Assembly (NCBI GenBank): GCA_902613995.1
Contig: CACMJG010000005.1
Span: 13,542-77,541, forward strand
Reading direction: 5' to 3'
From: an uncultured Alphaproteobacteria bacterium
Lineage (GTDB): Bacteria > Pseudomonadota > Alphaproteobacteria > Methylaequorales > Methylaequoraceae
DNA length: 64,000 nucleotides
Below are positions 1 to 9,643 of this stretch, one piece after another (the first letter of the stretch is position 1; every line of letters starts with the position of its first letter). The translations under genes were made by a program, and so were the position numbers. The notes beneath the pieces were generated by a model. It searched no databases. It was not told the DNA's origin and worked only from the letters and a program-made list of their open reading frames with translations.

Positions 1-202
1 TTAGCTTAGATTCTTCCACTATTTTTTTATTTTTTTCAAGTAAATCGTTTTTTATCTTTAAAAATTTTTCTTTGTTTTCCTTATTTGCCCTCAATGCCTT
101 TTTTTGAGGTATTAAAAAGTTACGAGCAAATCCGTTTTTAACATTTACAATGTCTCCGATTTGACCCAACCTATCAAAAGACTCTAATAATATAACTTCC
201 AT
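1..202 (-). CDS. rplI: 50S ribosomal protein L9, N-terminal part (truncated by window edge)
   Basis: Manual translation from ATG at 202: [43 protein letters not shown], the L9 N-terminal motif. Follows rpsF-rpsR-DUF2232. Confidence 0.95.
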   Translation of the reverse strand, partial: MEVILLESFDRLGQIGDIVNVKNGFARNFLIPQKKALRANKENKEKFLKIKNDLLEKNKKIVEESKL

Positions 203-204
203 AA

Positions 205-1149
205 TTACCTTTTTTTATTCGCTTTTTTACTTATGTTTTCAAATATACCTAAAAATAACAATATCAGAAAAAGAACATACCCTAAAAATACAAAAAGTAA
301 AAATATAATTAAAAATTTAATGAAATTATTAAGTTTAATTTTTTTAAAATGATTATTAAATGCAATGTAACCCTCCAAGAGAAAACTAAAAGACATACAA
401 ATTAATGCATTAATACTTAAAACAAACATTTGTGAATTTTGATTTTGAGTTAGAACAATAAGAAGCATAATTAAAAAAATTAATGAAAACCACAATGGTG
501 TTGTAAAATCAACAAAGTTAAGATCTTCAACTGGTTTAATCATAAATTTTTGTAAGATAAATTTTGAAAAAATAAAATTTAAACTAAATGTTATGAAAAA
601 AATTAGAGAATTAATTGATGGAAATATTATCATTATAATCTGAATAAGTTTATCTAACTCATTGTTTTTTTGTAGCCCGTAATTTGAAATAATCTGTGCA
701 ATTGATTTTTGTAAGAAAGCACTTAACTTTTCATATTCAAAATCATTGAAAAAAATAATATAAAAGAAAGCTAAAATGAATAGAAAAGAGATTATTATTC
801 CTGAGAGTAAATTTGAAGAATCAAGGTTGATTTTTTTTGATAAGTGGTAGGATCCAAAAAAGAATGTAGTTACAAATGAAGTTATAAAATGAAAAATAAT
901 AAGTTGATTTGGAGAAAAATCTTCACTTAAAAAATTTATAAATACCAAAATTAGTAAAGCCAAAGCACATGATTTTAAAAAATCTGAATATTTAATAGCT
1001 AGACCAATTATTAAAAAAGGCAGAGGGTTTAAAATTGAATACAACTGCGGAGAAATTTTGAGAAATAAAAGTTGGAAAACTAAAATGAATATTGTCGAAT
1101 AAAAAATTATAAGAGATTTTTGTTTATTAGATTGAGTTGCTCCCATCAA
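205..1149 (-). CDS. DUF2232-like polytopic membrane protein
   Basis: Hydrophobic 314-aa protein in the conserved alphaproteobacterial position between rpsR and rplI. Confidence 0.65.
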   Translation of the reverse strand: MMGATQSNKQKSLIIFYSTIFILVFQLLFLKISPQLYSILNPLPFLIIGLAIKYSDFLKSCALALLILVFINFLSEDFSPNQLIIFHFITSFVTTFFFGSYHLSKKINLDSSNLLSGIIISFLFILAFFYIIFFNDFEYEKLSAFLQKSIAQIISNYGLQKNNELDKLIQIIMIIFPSINSLIFFITFSLNFIFSKFILQKFMIKPVEDLNFVDFTTPLWFSLIFLIMLLIVLTQNQNSQMFVLSINALICMSFSFLLEGYIAFNNHFKKIKLNNFIKFLIIFLLFVFLGYVLFLILLFLGIFENISKKANKKR

Positions 1150-1391
1150 CTAGATACATATGGAAGCAAAGCTAAGTACCTTGCTCTTTTTATTGCAGCA
1201 GATAACTCTTTTTGTTTTTTTGTTGATACTTGGGTAACTCTACTGGGTAATATTTTTCCTTTTTCGGTTACATATTTTCTTAAAAGATTTAAGTTTTTAT
1301 AATCAACGGCAGGAGCATCTTTACCCGATAAAGGACAAGACTTTGAAAAAACTATTCTAGACGACGTATTATCAAAAACTTTGTTTCTCAT
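1146..1391 (-). CDS. rpsR: 30S ribosomal protein S18
   Basis: [24 protein letters not shown]...[13 protein letters not shown]. Confidence 0.97.
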   Translation of the reverse strand: MRNKVFDNTSSRIVFSKSCPLSGKDAPAVDYKNLNLLRKYVTEKGKILPSRVTQVSTKKQKELSAAIKRARYLALLPYVSS

Positions 1392-1402
1392 TTAAACCTA
1401 TG

Positions 1403-1726
1403 TCATTCTGTATTTTCTAGAAGAGGTGAAGGTTCTTTGTCAATCATTTTTATTTTTAATGTCATAAAACGTAAAAAACTCAGATCTTGTTTTACTTTAA
1501 CATAAAAAGATTTAAATACCTTTGGATCACATTTACAATTAATCATGTAATAGTAACCTTTTGAATTTTTCTTTATTTTAAATGCTAAATCTCTTAAACC
1601 CCAGGATTCTTTTTTCAGAATTTCTCCTCCTGCTTTCTCAATTTCCTCTAAAGATTCTTGAAATTTGTCTTGAGCAGATTTCTGGGATAGTTGTCCACTG
1701 AATATAAAAACATTTTCATACAACAT
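1403..1726 (-). CDS. rpsF: 30S ribosomal protein S6
   Basis: YENVFIF...ESWGLRDLAFKIKKNSKGYY; upstream of rpsR. Confidence 0.95.
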   Translation of the reverse strand: MLYENVFIFSGQLSQKSAQDKFQESLEEIEKAGGEILKKESWGLRDLAFKIKKNSKGYYYMINCKCDPKVFKSFYVKVKQDLSFLRFMTLKIKMIDKEPSPLLENTE

Positions 1727-1840
1727 TATCTTGTTTCCTTCTGGATAAACTTTCTAGTTCAGCTATTTAAAAATTAATTAAATAGCAAGGTTAAATCTTT
1801 GTGTATATAACAATATAATAAATTTTTAATCAACAAAAAA

Positions 1841-2803
1841 ATGTTTAGTAAAATTATTGTAGTTTTTCCTGGTCAAGGTTCTCAAAATGTTGGTATGGGA
1901 AGAGATCTATTTGAAAAACACCCTGTAGCCAGAGAAGTTTTCGAGGAGGTTGATGATACATTAAATCAAAAACTTTCAAAGATTACTTTCAATGGGCCTG
2001 AAAATAAACTCACCCTTACCGAAAATACACAACCAGCAATTATGTCAGTTAGTATGGCTTTAGTAAGAGTAATTGAACACGAATCCAAAAAAAAAATTTA
2101 TGAATTTTCAGATACAATTTTAGGTCATTCATTGGGAGAATATTCGGCACTTTGTGGTCTTAATTCTTTAAATTTAAAAGATGCAACTTCTCTTTTAAGA
2201 AAAAGGGGAAAAGCTATGCAAGATTCAGTTATGAATTTGAAAACAAAGATGGCTGCAGTCATTGGCTTAGATATAAAAAAAGTTGAAAAAATTATTGAAG
2301 AAAACGATGTTGGTCCAAACGAATTATGCGAAATAGCCAATGATAACTGTCCAGGTCAAGTAATTTTATCTGGAACAGAAAATGGAGTAATTTTCATTAC
2401 TGATATCTTAAAAGATAATGGTGCAAGAAGCATCGTAGATCTCAAAGTTAGTGCACCATTTCATTGTAGTCTGATGGATAAGGCATCGGACATGATGAAA
2501 GGTTATTTAAAAGATATTGCTTTGAAGGACTTAAGATCTAATTTTGTAAGCAATGTAACTGCTGAGTTCGAAAAAAATTCTGAAAAAATCAAAGAATTGT
2601 TAATTAAACAAGTTTCAAGTAGAGTAAGATGGAGAGAAAGTATTATTAAATCAACAAATAAAGTAAATTCTATTGTTGAAATTGGACCTGGAAAGATACT
2701 TACTGGAATGAACAAAAGAATTAATAGAGATTACAATCTTTTAAGTGTGTCAAATTTGGATGACATTAACAAATTTCTTGAAAAATTTAAGGATATTTTA
2801 TGA
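1841..2803 (+). CDS. fabD: Malonyl CoA-ACP transacylase
   Basis: FPGQGSQ, GHSLGEY, VSAPFH motifs. Confidence 0.97.
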   Translation: MFSKIIVVFPGQGSQNVGMGRDLFEKHPVAREVFEEVDDTLNQKLSKITFNGPENKLTLTENTQPAIMSVSMALVRVIEHESKKKIYEFSDTILGHSLGEYSALCGLNSLNLKDATSLLRKRGKAMQDSVMNLKTKMAAVIGLDIKKVEKIIEENDVGPNELCEIANDNCPGQVILSGTENGVIFITDILKDNGARSIVDLKVSAPFHCSLMDKASDMMKGYLKDIALKDLRSNFVSNVTAEFEKNSEKIKELLIKQVSSRVRWRESIIKSTNKVNSIVEIGPGKILTGMNKRINRDYNLLSVSNLDDINKFLEKFKDIL

Positions 2804-3519
2804 GAAAAATTCTTTTAACAGGAGCCAATGGAGGAATCGGGGAAGCAATTTGTAACTCTTTGGGAGTCAAATACGAAATATTTGTTTTAGGAAGAAATGA
2901 GTCTAAAATAAAAGACCTTCGCAAGAAAAATAAATTCATTAAAGGAAGTTTTATATGTGATTTAAGTGATGAGAATCAAATTAACAAAATAATTAAAGAA
3001 ATTAATAAGAAGTCTATTGATTTTGATATTTTGATAAATAATGCTGGAGTTACAAATGATGCCTTGTTCTTAAGAATGGATTTAGAAAAGTGGGAACATG
3101 TTATTGATACTAATTTAAAATCAAACTTTTTACTTTCTAGTGCCCTATCCAAAAATATGATTAAAAAAAAATGGGGACGTATAATAAATATTACCTCTGT
3201 AGTTGGACATACTGGAAACTTTGGCCAATCAAACTACAGTGCCTCGAAAGCTGGAATACTCGGCATGTCAAAATCTATAGCACTAGAATTAGCCAAAAGA
3301 AATATCACTGTAAACTGCATAGCCCCAGGTTTTATTGAAACATCAATGACGGCTGTATTATCTGAATCGCAGCGTGAGGCTCTAGTTGAAAAAATTCCAA
3401 TGGGAAAAATCGGATCTCCCAAGGACGTAGCAAATTGCGTTGAATTTTTAGTATCAGACAAATCAGAATATGTTACCGGGCAAACCATCCACGTAAATGG
3501 AGGACTTGCAATGTTATAA
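2800..3519 (+). CDS. fabG: 3-oxoacyl-ACP reductase
   Basis: TGANGGIG, NNAG, NYSASK; position in fab cluster. Confidence 0.95.
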   Translation: MRKILLTGANGGIGEAICNSLGVKYEIFVLGRNESKIKDLRKKNKFIKGSFICDLSDENQINKIIKEINKKSIDFDILINNAGVTNDALFLRMDLEKWEHVIDTNLKSNFLLSSALSKNMIKKKWGRIINITSVVGHTGNFGQSNYSASKAGILGMSKSIALELAKRNITVNCIAPGFIETSMTAVLSESQREALVEKIPMGKIGSPKDVANCVEFLVSDKSEYVTGQTIHVNGGLAML

Positions 3520-3583
3520 TATATTTGATTTAAAAAAAACATTAATTAATATATGAATGAAACTTTAATTAAAAGGAACGTTT

Positions 3584-3820
3584 ATGAGTGATATACCAGA
3601 AAGAGTTAAGAAAATCGTAGTAGAGCATCTAGGGGTTGAAAAAGAAAAAGTAGTGGAGAGCGCCAGTTTTGTCGATGATCTTGGTGCAGATAGTTTGGAT
3701 ACGGTGGAACTTGTTATGGCATTTGAAGAGGAATTTAACATCGAAATACCAGATGATATAGCCGAGAAAATAACTACAATAAAAGAAGCAATTGAGCATA
3801 TAGAAAATTCTCAAAATTAG
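3584..3820 (+). CDS. acpP: Acyl carrier protein
   Basis: [20 protein letters not shown]. Confidence 0.98.
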   Translation: MSDIPERVKKIVVEHLGVEKEKVVESASFVDDLGADSLDTVELVMAFEEEFNIEIPDDIAEKITTIKEAIEHIENSQN

Positions 3821-3821
3821 A

Positions 3822-5081
3822 ATGAGAAGGGTGGTAGTTACAGGGATTGGAATGTGTACACCACTTGGTTTTGGTCACAACCACTGTTGGGAACAACTTA
3901 TTTCTTCTAAATCTGGAATTAGGAAGCTTACGGGATTTGAAATTGAAGACTTAAAATCCAAAGTAGGCGGGCAATTAATCTTGGAGGGAGACAGCTCTCT
4001 CTTTCCGGAAAAAGTCATTGAACAAAAAGACAGAAAAAAAATTGAACCCTTCATCGAATACGCGCTAATAGCAGCTAAAGAAGCAATTCAGGATTCTGGA
4101 TGGAAACCTTCAAATGATTTGGAGTCAATGAGAACTGGCGTGATGGTTGGTTCGGGAATTGGTGGGCTTGATGGTATTCGAAAAAGTGCTGAAAATTTAA
4201 AAAATAGTCCGAGAAAGATTTCTCCTTTTTTTATACCCTCATGTCTTATTAATTTAGCGAGTGGACACATTTCAATTAAATATAATTTTAAAGGCCCAAA
4301 TCATTCGGTGGTAACTGCTTGTGCTTCTGGAGCACATGCTATAGGTGATTCATTCAGAATGATATCTCAAGGCGATGCAGATGTAATGATTTCAGGGGGC
4401 ACTGAATCAGCGTGCACAAGATTTGGTATTGCAGGATTTTGTGCAATGAGAGCTCTTTCAACAGGTTTTAATGACGATCCTGAAAGGGCTTCTAGACCGT
4501 GGGATAAAAATAGAGATGGATTTGTGCTTTCTGAGGGATCTGGAATGATTGTTTTGGAAGAATTTGAACATGCAAAAAAAAGATCTGCGAATATATATGC
4601 TGAAATAATTGGATATGGTTTGTCTGGTGATGCCTATCACCCAACGGCGCCAGCATCAGACGGTGATGGAGGGTTAAGGGCAATGAAAATGGCTTTAAAA
4701 AATGCTCACCTCGATTCTGAAAATATAGATTACATAAACGCACATGGTACATCGACACCACTAGGGGACGAAATTGAATTTAACTCTGTAAAAAAACTAT
4801 TTTTAAATCATACTGATAATTTATTAATGTCATCTACAAAATCATCTACAGGACATCTACTCGGGGCATCAGGAGCAGTTGAAGCAATATTTTCTATATT
4901 ATCAATAAAAAATGGGATAGCTCCCCCAACTTTAAATCTTGAGGAATTATCAGAAGGTTGTGGTGGAATAAATTTAGTGCCAAAAGAGAGTATTGATAAA
5001 GAAATAAATCATGTTTTATCAAATTCGTTTGGATTTGGAGGCACAAACGTATCTTTAATTTTTAAAAAAACTAATAAGTGA
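3822..5081 (+). CDS. fabF: 3-oxoacyl-ACP synthase II
   Basis: VTACASG, DAYH, NAHGTST, GHLLGA, NSFGFGG. Confidence 0.97.
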   Translation: MRRVVVTGIGMCTPLGFGHNHCWEQLISSKSGIRKLTGFEIEDLKSKVGGQLILEGDSSLFPEKVIEQKDRKKIEPFIEYALIAAKEAIQDSGWKPSNDLESMRTGVMVGSGIGGLDGIRKSAENLKNSPRKISPFFIPSCLINLASGHISIKYNFKGPNHSVVTACASGAHAIGDSFRMISQGDADVMISGGTESACTRFGIAGFCAMRALSTGFNDDPERASRPWDKNRDGFVLSEGSGMIVLEEFEHAKKRSANIYAEIIGYGLSGDAYHPTAPASDGDGGLRAMKMALKNAHLDSENIDYINAHGTSTPLGDEIEFNSVKKLFLNHTDNLLMSSTKSSTGHLLGASGAVEAIFSILSIKNGIAPPTLNLEELSEGCGGINLVPKESIDKEINHVLSNSFGFGGTNVSLIFKKTNK

Positions 5082-6025
5082 TTAAAAATCTTATTTTTCT
5101 TTTTATAATTGCTTTAAATTTTCTTTTTTATGTTTTTTTTAAAGAGGAAGATATCAATGAAGTTAAAATAATTATTAACCCCGGGATGCAACTAAATCAA
5201 ATAGCAAATGTATTAAAACAAAACGGATTAATCAAAAATGAATCTATTTTTAAAACTTGGGTAATAATCAATAATTCTCAAAAGGAATTAAAATTTGGTG
5301 AATATTATTTTAGCAAAAAAATATCTTTAAATATAATTTTAGAAAAATTAAAAAAAGGGAAGTCTTTATATAGGAAACTAACAATCATTGAAGGTTCAAC
5401 TAAGAACGATTTACTCAGGATTTTACATAAATTTGACTCTAAAACACTTATATCATTTGATGATATCCCTGATTCATTAGTAGCTGAAACTTATTTTTAT
5501 AAAGTTTCAGATAATGCTGAAGTAATCTTAAATAATATAATAAAAAAAAGTAATGAGCTTTCTAAAAAAATTTGGAATGAGAGAAATAAGCAAATTCCTC
5601 TCAATGATGTTAATGAGTTATTTATACTTGCTTCTATTGTAGAGAAAGAAACTTTTATCAAAGAGGAAAAATCCATCATTGCTGGTGTTTTTTATAATAG
5701 ATTTAAAAAAAACATGAAACTTCAATCTGACCCGACAGTTGTTTATGCCATAACTTTGGGAAAAAAAAAAATGGGAAGAAAACTTCTTAGGAAGGATCTT
5801 AAAATCAAGTCAAAATTTAACACTTACGTAAATAAAGGGCTTCCGCCAGAACCTATTTGTATACCAGGAATAGATTCCTTAATCGCAGCATCCAGGCCTT
5901 CAAAAAGTAATTATTTATATTTCGTTTCAAAAAATAAAAAAAACGAAGGACACCTTTTCTCTGAAAGATATAAAGATCATTTGGAAAATATAAAGTCTGT
6001 AAAAAAAAAGTTGAAGAATGAATAA
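5078..6025 (+). CDS. mltG: Endolytic transglycosylase MltG (YceG)
   Basis: LASIVEKE, LQSDPTVVY, GLPPEPICIPG; fabF-mltG-gmk synteny. Confidence 0.93.
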   Translation: MIKNLIFLFIIALNFLFYVFFKEEDINEVKIIINPGMQLNQIANVLKQNGLIKNESIFKTWVIINNSQKELKFGEYYFSKKISLNIILEKLKKGKSLYRKLTIIEGSTKNDLLRILHKFDSKTLISFDDIPDSLVAETYFYKVSDNAEVILNNIIKKSNELSKKIWNERNKQIPLNDVNELFILASIVEKETFIKEEKSIIAGVFYNRFKKNMKLQSDPTVVYAITLGKKKMGRKLLRKDLKIKSKFNTYVNKGLPPEPICIPGIDSLIAASRPSKSNYLYFVSKNKKNEGHLFSERYKDHLENIKSVKKKLKNE

Positions 6026-6650
6026 AAGTAAAGAATTAAGGAAAGGACTAATGCTAGTTTTATCATCTCCTTCTGGGGCAGGTAAAACATCAATTTGTAA
6101 AAAAGTAATTAGTTTGGATAGAAGAATTTCGCTATCTGTGTCATATACCACAAGACCAAAACGAAAGAGTGAAAACGAGGGCAAGGATTATTTCTTTGTT
6201 TCAAAAGAAAAGTTTGAGGATCTAAAGAAAAAAAGTTTTTTTATTGAATTTGCAAACGTTTTTGATCATTGGTATGGAACTCCGAAGGATTTTATTGAAA
6301 AAAATCTTAACAATGGTCAGGATGTTATTTTTGATATTGATTGGCAGGGAGCACAAAAACTCTCTGATTTTTCTAAAAATGATGTTGTTTCAATTTTCAT
6401 TTTACCACCGAGTAATAAAGAACTTCATGAGAGACTAAAAAAAAGAGCAGAGGACAGTTTGGAAACTGTCAGTAAAAGAATGAGTAAGGCAAGATCAGAA
6501 ATTAGTCATTGGATAGAATATGATTATGTTTTAATAAATAATAATCTAGAAAATTGTTCATCTGAAGTTTTAAATATTCTCAATGCGGAAAGAAAAAAAA
6601 GAAATAGACAAAAATTCATATTTGATTTTATTGCAAGGCTATTAGATTAG
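6018..6650 (+). CDS. gmk: Guanylate kinase
   Basis: SSPSGAGKT, SYTTRPKR, DIDWQGA. Confidence 0.97.
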   Translation: MNKSKELRKGLMLVLSSPSGAGKTSICKKVISLDRRISLSVSYTTRPKRKSENEGKDYFFVSKEKFEDLKKKSFFIEFANVFDHWYGTPKDFIEKNLNNGQDVIFDIDWQGAQKLSDFSKNDVVSIFILPPSNKELHERLKKRAEDSLETVSKRMSKARSEISHWIEYDYVLINNNLENCSSEVLNILNAERKKRNRQKFIFDFIARLLD

Positions 6651-7412
6651 AAGTTTTGAAAGTTTTTCAAAATCATTTGGTCCCAAATCCTGTGGCCTAG
6701 AATTAGGATCAATACCACACTCTAACATTTTTTTTTCGGCACCAATATAGAATGTCTTTAAATTATTTTTAATTGTTTTTCTTCTTTGTCTAAATGAAAT
6801 TTTTAGAATACGATCTAATTCATCATAAATTTTATTTTTTTTTCTATATGGGGTGATTTTTATCACCGTTGATTTAACTTTTGGTTTGGGAGTAAAGTTG
6901 TGTGGTTCTACTTCAAACACCTTTTCAACAATTGCGTGCAACTGAAGTAATACTGATAATCTACTGTAATAGGGAGTTGACACTTCGGCACTTAATCTTT
7001 CAGCCACTTCTTTCTGAACCATGAGAACCATTGACTCTACTATATCAAAATCAATTATTAATCTTATTATTAAAGTACTAGCAATGTTATAGGGAAGATT
7101 TGAGATAATCTGAATTTTCTTGTAATTAAAATCCTTTAAATTTATGTTTAAAATATCATCATGAACATAAGAGACTGTATCTTTAAATTTTTCTTGAAGT
7201 TTTAATAATTTAGATCTTAGATTTCTATCCTTTTCTATGAGAATTAATTTTTTAGGTTTGTTTTGGAGTATTTCTTTTGTCAACGCACCCTGACCAGGAC
7301 CTATTTCAAAAATAACTTTATCCCTGATATCTTTAATAGAGACTATTTTTTTTAAAATCGATTTGTTTACTAAGAAATGTTGACCTAGGCTTTTCTTAAA
7401 AAAGTGTTGCAT
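6642..7412 (-). CDS. rsmA: 16S rRNA adenine dimethyltransferase KsgA
   Basis: KKSLGQHFL, EIGPGQG, SNLPYNI. Confidence 0.96.
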   Translation of the reverse strand: MQHFFKKSLGQHFLVNKSILKKIVSIKDIRDKVIFEIGPGQGALTKEILQNKPKKLILIEKDRNLRSKLLKLQEKFKDTVSYVHDDILNINLKDFNYKKIQIISNLPYNIASTLIIRLIIDFDIVESMVLMVQKEVAERLSAEVSTPYYSRLSVLLQLHAIVEKVFEVEPHNFTPKPKVKSTVIKITPYRKKNKIYDELDRILKISFRQRRKTIKNNLKTFYIGAEKKMLECGIDPNSRPQDLGPNDFEKLSKLLI

Positions 7413-8435
7413 TTAAGCTCTCTTCTTTAAGAAATCAAAAGACGCTAGCAAACTTTCCAGATTTGCAATATTTTTTTTTGCAATATCAAAAGCAGGGCCG
7501 TGATCTGGAGAAACCCTCAGAAAAGGAAGCCCACCAGTAACATTTATTGAATGATTAAAATCTAATGTTTTGATGGGTATTAATCCCTGATCATGATACA
7601 AGCAAAGAATTCCGTCAAATTGTTCTCTTTTTGATTTATGAAAGCAAGAATCACTGCTTAATGGACCTATAACTTGCATTTTATTATTCTTACATGTTTC
7701 TATAATGGGTTTTATGATTTCTATTTCTTCGTTTCCAATAAGACCCTCTTCACCCGCGTGGGGGTTAAGACTTGTTATTCCAATTTTTGGAGATCTAATT
7801 TTCCAAATCTTTGATAAAGAATTCTTAAAAGATACAATCTTGTCAAAAATAATTTTCTTGTTTATAAACTTGTGAATTTTTCTGAGTGGGATATGTGTAG
7901 TTATTAGACCAACAATTAGATTTTTTCCTTGATCAACAGGTTTGCTGGTAGATAAAATCATGATTTCAGAATATTTTTTCTTATTGTTTTTTGACGTAAG
8001 GTACGATAAATATTCAGTTTGGCCATTAAAATTAAATTTAGCTTTTTTTAAAGTGGTCTTACAAACTGGAAGTGTGAGCATTCTAGACGATCTTTTCATA
8101 TGTATAAACTTAAATGCTTCATTAATAGATTTGAGCACATATTTACTATTTTTAGGATCTGGGTTTCCTGGGATGAAATCGATATTTGCTTTTAGATCAA
8201 TTATTGGAATAGATCTTGAAAAAATTTTATTTATATCGTTATCTTTAGTTACAACTTGGAAATTTGCCTCTAAATTAAAAAAACTTTTAACTTGATTTAA
8301 TTTTTTTAAATCGTCAACTAAAATGAATGGTGGAATTTTATGTAAATCTCGTTTTAACCAAGCTTTTATTATTATTTCGGATGAAATGCCAGAAGGTTCA
8401 CCCATGCTTACAATTATAGGTTTGTCTGATTTCAT
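7413..8435 (-). CDS. pdxA: 4-hydroxythreonine-4-phosphate dehydrogenase
   Basis: SMGEPSGI, NPHAGEEG, YHDQGLIP, SPDHGPAFDIA. Confidence 0.96.
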   Translation of the reverse strand: MKSDKPIIVSMGEPSGISSEIIIKAWLKRDLHKIPPFILVDDLKKLNQVKSFFNLEANFQVVTKDNDINKIFSRSIPIIDLKANIDFIPGNPDPKNSKYVLKSINEAFKFIHMKRSSRMLTLPVCKTTLKKAKFNFNGQTEYLSYLTSKNNKKKYSEIMILSTSKPVDQGKNLIVGLITTHIPLRKIHKFINKKIIFDKIVSFKNSLSKIWKIRSPKIGITSLNPHAGEEGLIGNEEIEIIKPIIETCKNNKMQVIGPLSSDSCFHKSKREQFDGILCLYHDQGLIPIKTLDFNHSINVTGGLPFLRVSPDHGPAFDIAKKNIANLESLLASFDFLKKRA

Positions 8436-9643
8436 TTGTTAAAAAACTTTATATTTGTACTTTTTCTAATATTTGATAAATAGGTATTCGTCAATTGGTT
8501 AAATTTTTTGGAAAAAGCTCTTCTTTCAATTGCTTCTCTAGAAATATCATTTGATTTTAAGACTTTCCTCTCGCACACATATAATAAATTGTATTCGCCA
8601 TCTATTTCAAAAACTTGAGTAAAACTTTTCTCATCGGAAACATCTAATTGTTTGCGAAATGAATCTGATAAATCTTTTAAAGCCATATCTTTGAATTTCA
8701 AAAATTTAATTTCTCCCTCAATTTTTGACTTTTTTGTGTTTTTACAGTTTATGTTTTTTTTATATAGATTTTGAATTTCCTTCTTATTAATTGAAGAAAA
8801 TTTTAAAAAAGAAAATGTAATTTCTTCATTTCCAAATCTTCTTTTCTTATTTAGTTTTAAAATTTTAAATCCATTATTCATTTTTATATTTGTTTTTATA
8901 TCTCCTGAGTTCATACTATTAAGAATTTCTTTTGTATAAGAATCAAGGCTGTCTTCAAATATCCACCCAGTTTTAAGTTTGTTTCCTTGTGGATTAAGGT
9001 CACTAAATTTATTAGCTAAAAGTTCAAACGAAGTTCCAGAATCAAGCAGAGATATCACTTTTTTCATTTTTTTTTCAGACGATTCCCAATCATTAGGTTT
9101 TTCGTTAAGAAAAATTATTTCGGAAAAATTAAATTCAATTTTACCAACTTTATTTTTGTAATTGTTAAGAATCGCATCTATATCTGCTGAATTTATAGTG
9201 ATCTTTGTTGCAAACATTTGCTGAGAAAGTTTTTTCCATAATAACTCATTTTTTAATTGTTCAACCACTACCTCAGGGTCTATATTTTCATTTTCTAAGA
9301 ACAATTCAAATTCTTCGAATTCCTCAACTGGAAAATTGTAGATTGCTGAAGCGAGTTCAATCACTTCTTCTTTATTAGCGGAGATTTCAGCTTTTTTTGC
9401 CTCAATTTTTTTTAGTTTTTCTATTATCAACAGTTCAAGTACACGGTCTCTAACCGAATCTCTATTTTTAATGTTATCTTCAAGTTTCAGTGATTTTAAA
9501 ACAAGCTTTATTCTTTCTGACAAGTCATATGTTGTAATTGCTTCGGAATCAACAGATGCTATTATTCCTTCAAATTTTTGATCAGCTAAAGTAATTTTAA
9601 AAAAGAAAAGTACTAGCAGACAAATGAAAAAGTTAAATATCAT
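8432..9643 (-). CDS. surA: SurA-family periplasmic chaperone/PPIase
   Basis: Probable start ATG at 9643 (MIFNFFICLLVLF, signal peptide). IIASVDSEAITTYDL N-domain and parvulin-like SFELLANKFS; lptD-surA-pdxA-rsmA synteny. Confidence 0.82.
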   Translation of the reverse strand: MIFNFFICLLVLFFFKITLADQKFEGIIASVDSEAITTYDLSERIKLVLKSLKLEDNIKNRDSVRDRVLELLIIEKLKKIEAKKAEISANKEEVIELASAIYNFPVEEFEEFELFLENENIDPEVVVEQLKNELLWKKLSQQMFATKITINSADIDAILNNYKNKVGKIEFNFSEIIFLNEKPNDWESSEKKMKKVISLLDSGTSFELLANKFSDLNPQGNKLKTGWIFEDSLDSYTKEILNSMNSGDIKTNIKMNNGFKILKLNKKRRFGNEEITFSFLKFSSINKKEIQNLYKKNINCKNTKKSKIEGEIKFLKFKDMALKDLSDSFRKQLDVSDEKSFTQVFEIDGEYNLLYVCERKVLKSNDISREAIERRAFSKKFNQLTNTYLSNIRKSTNIKFFNK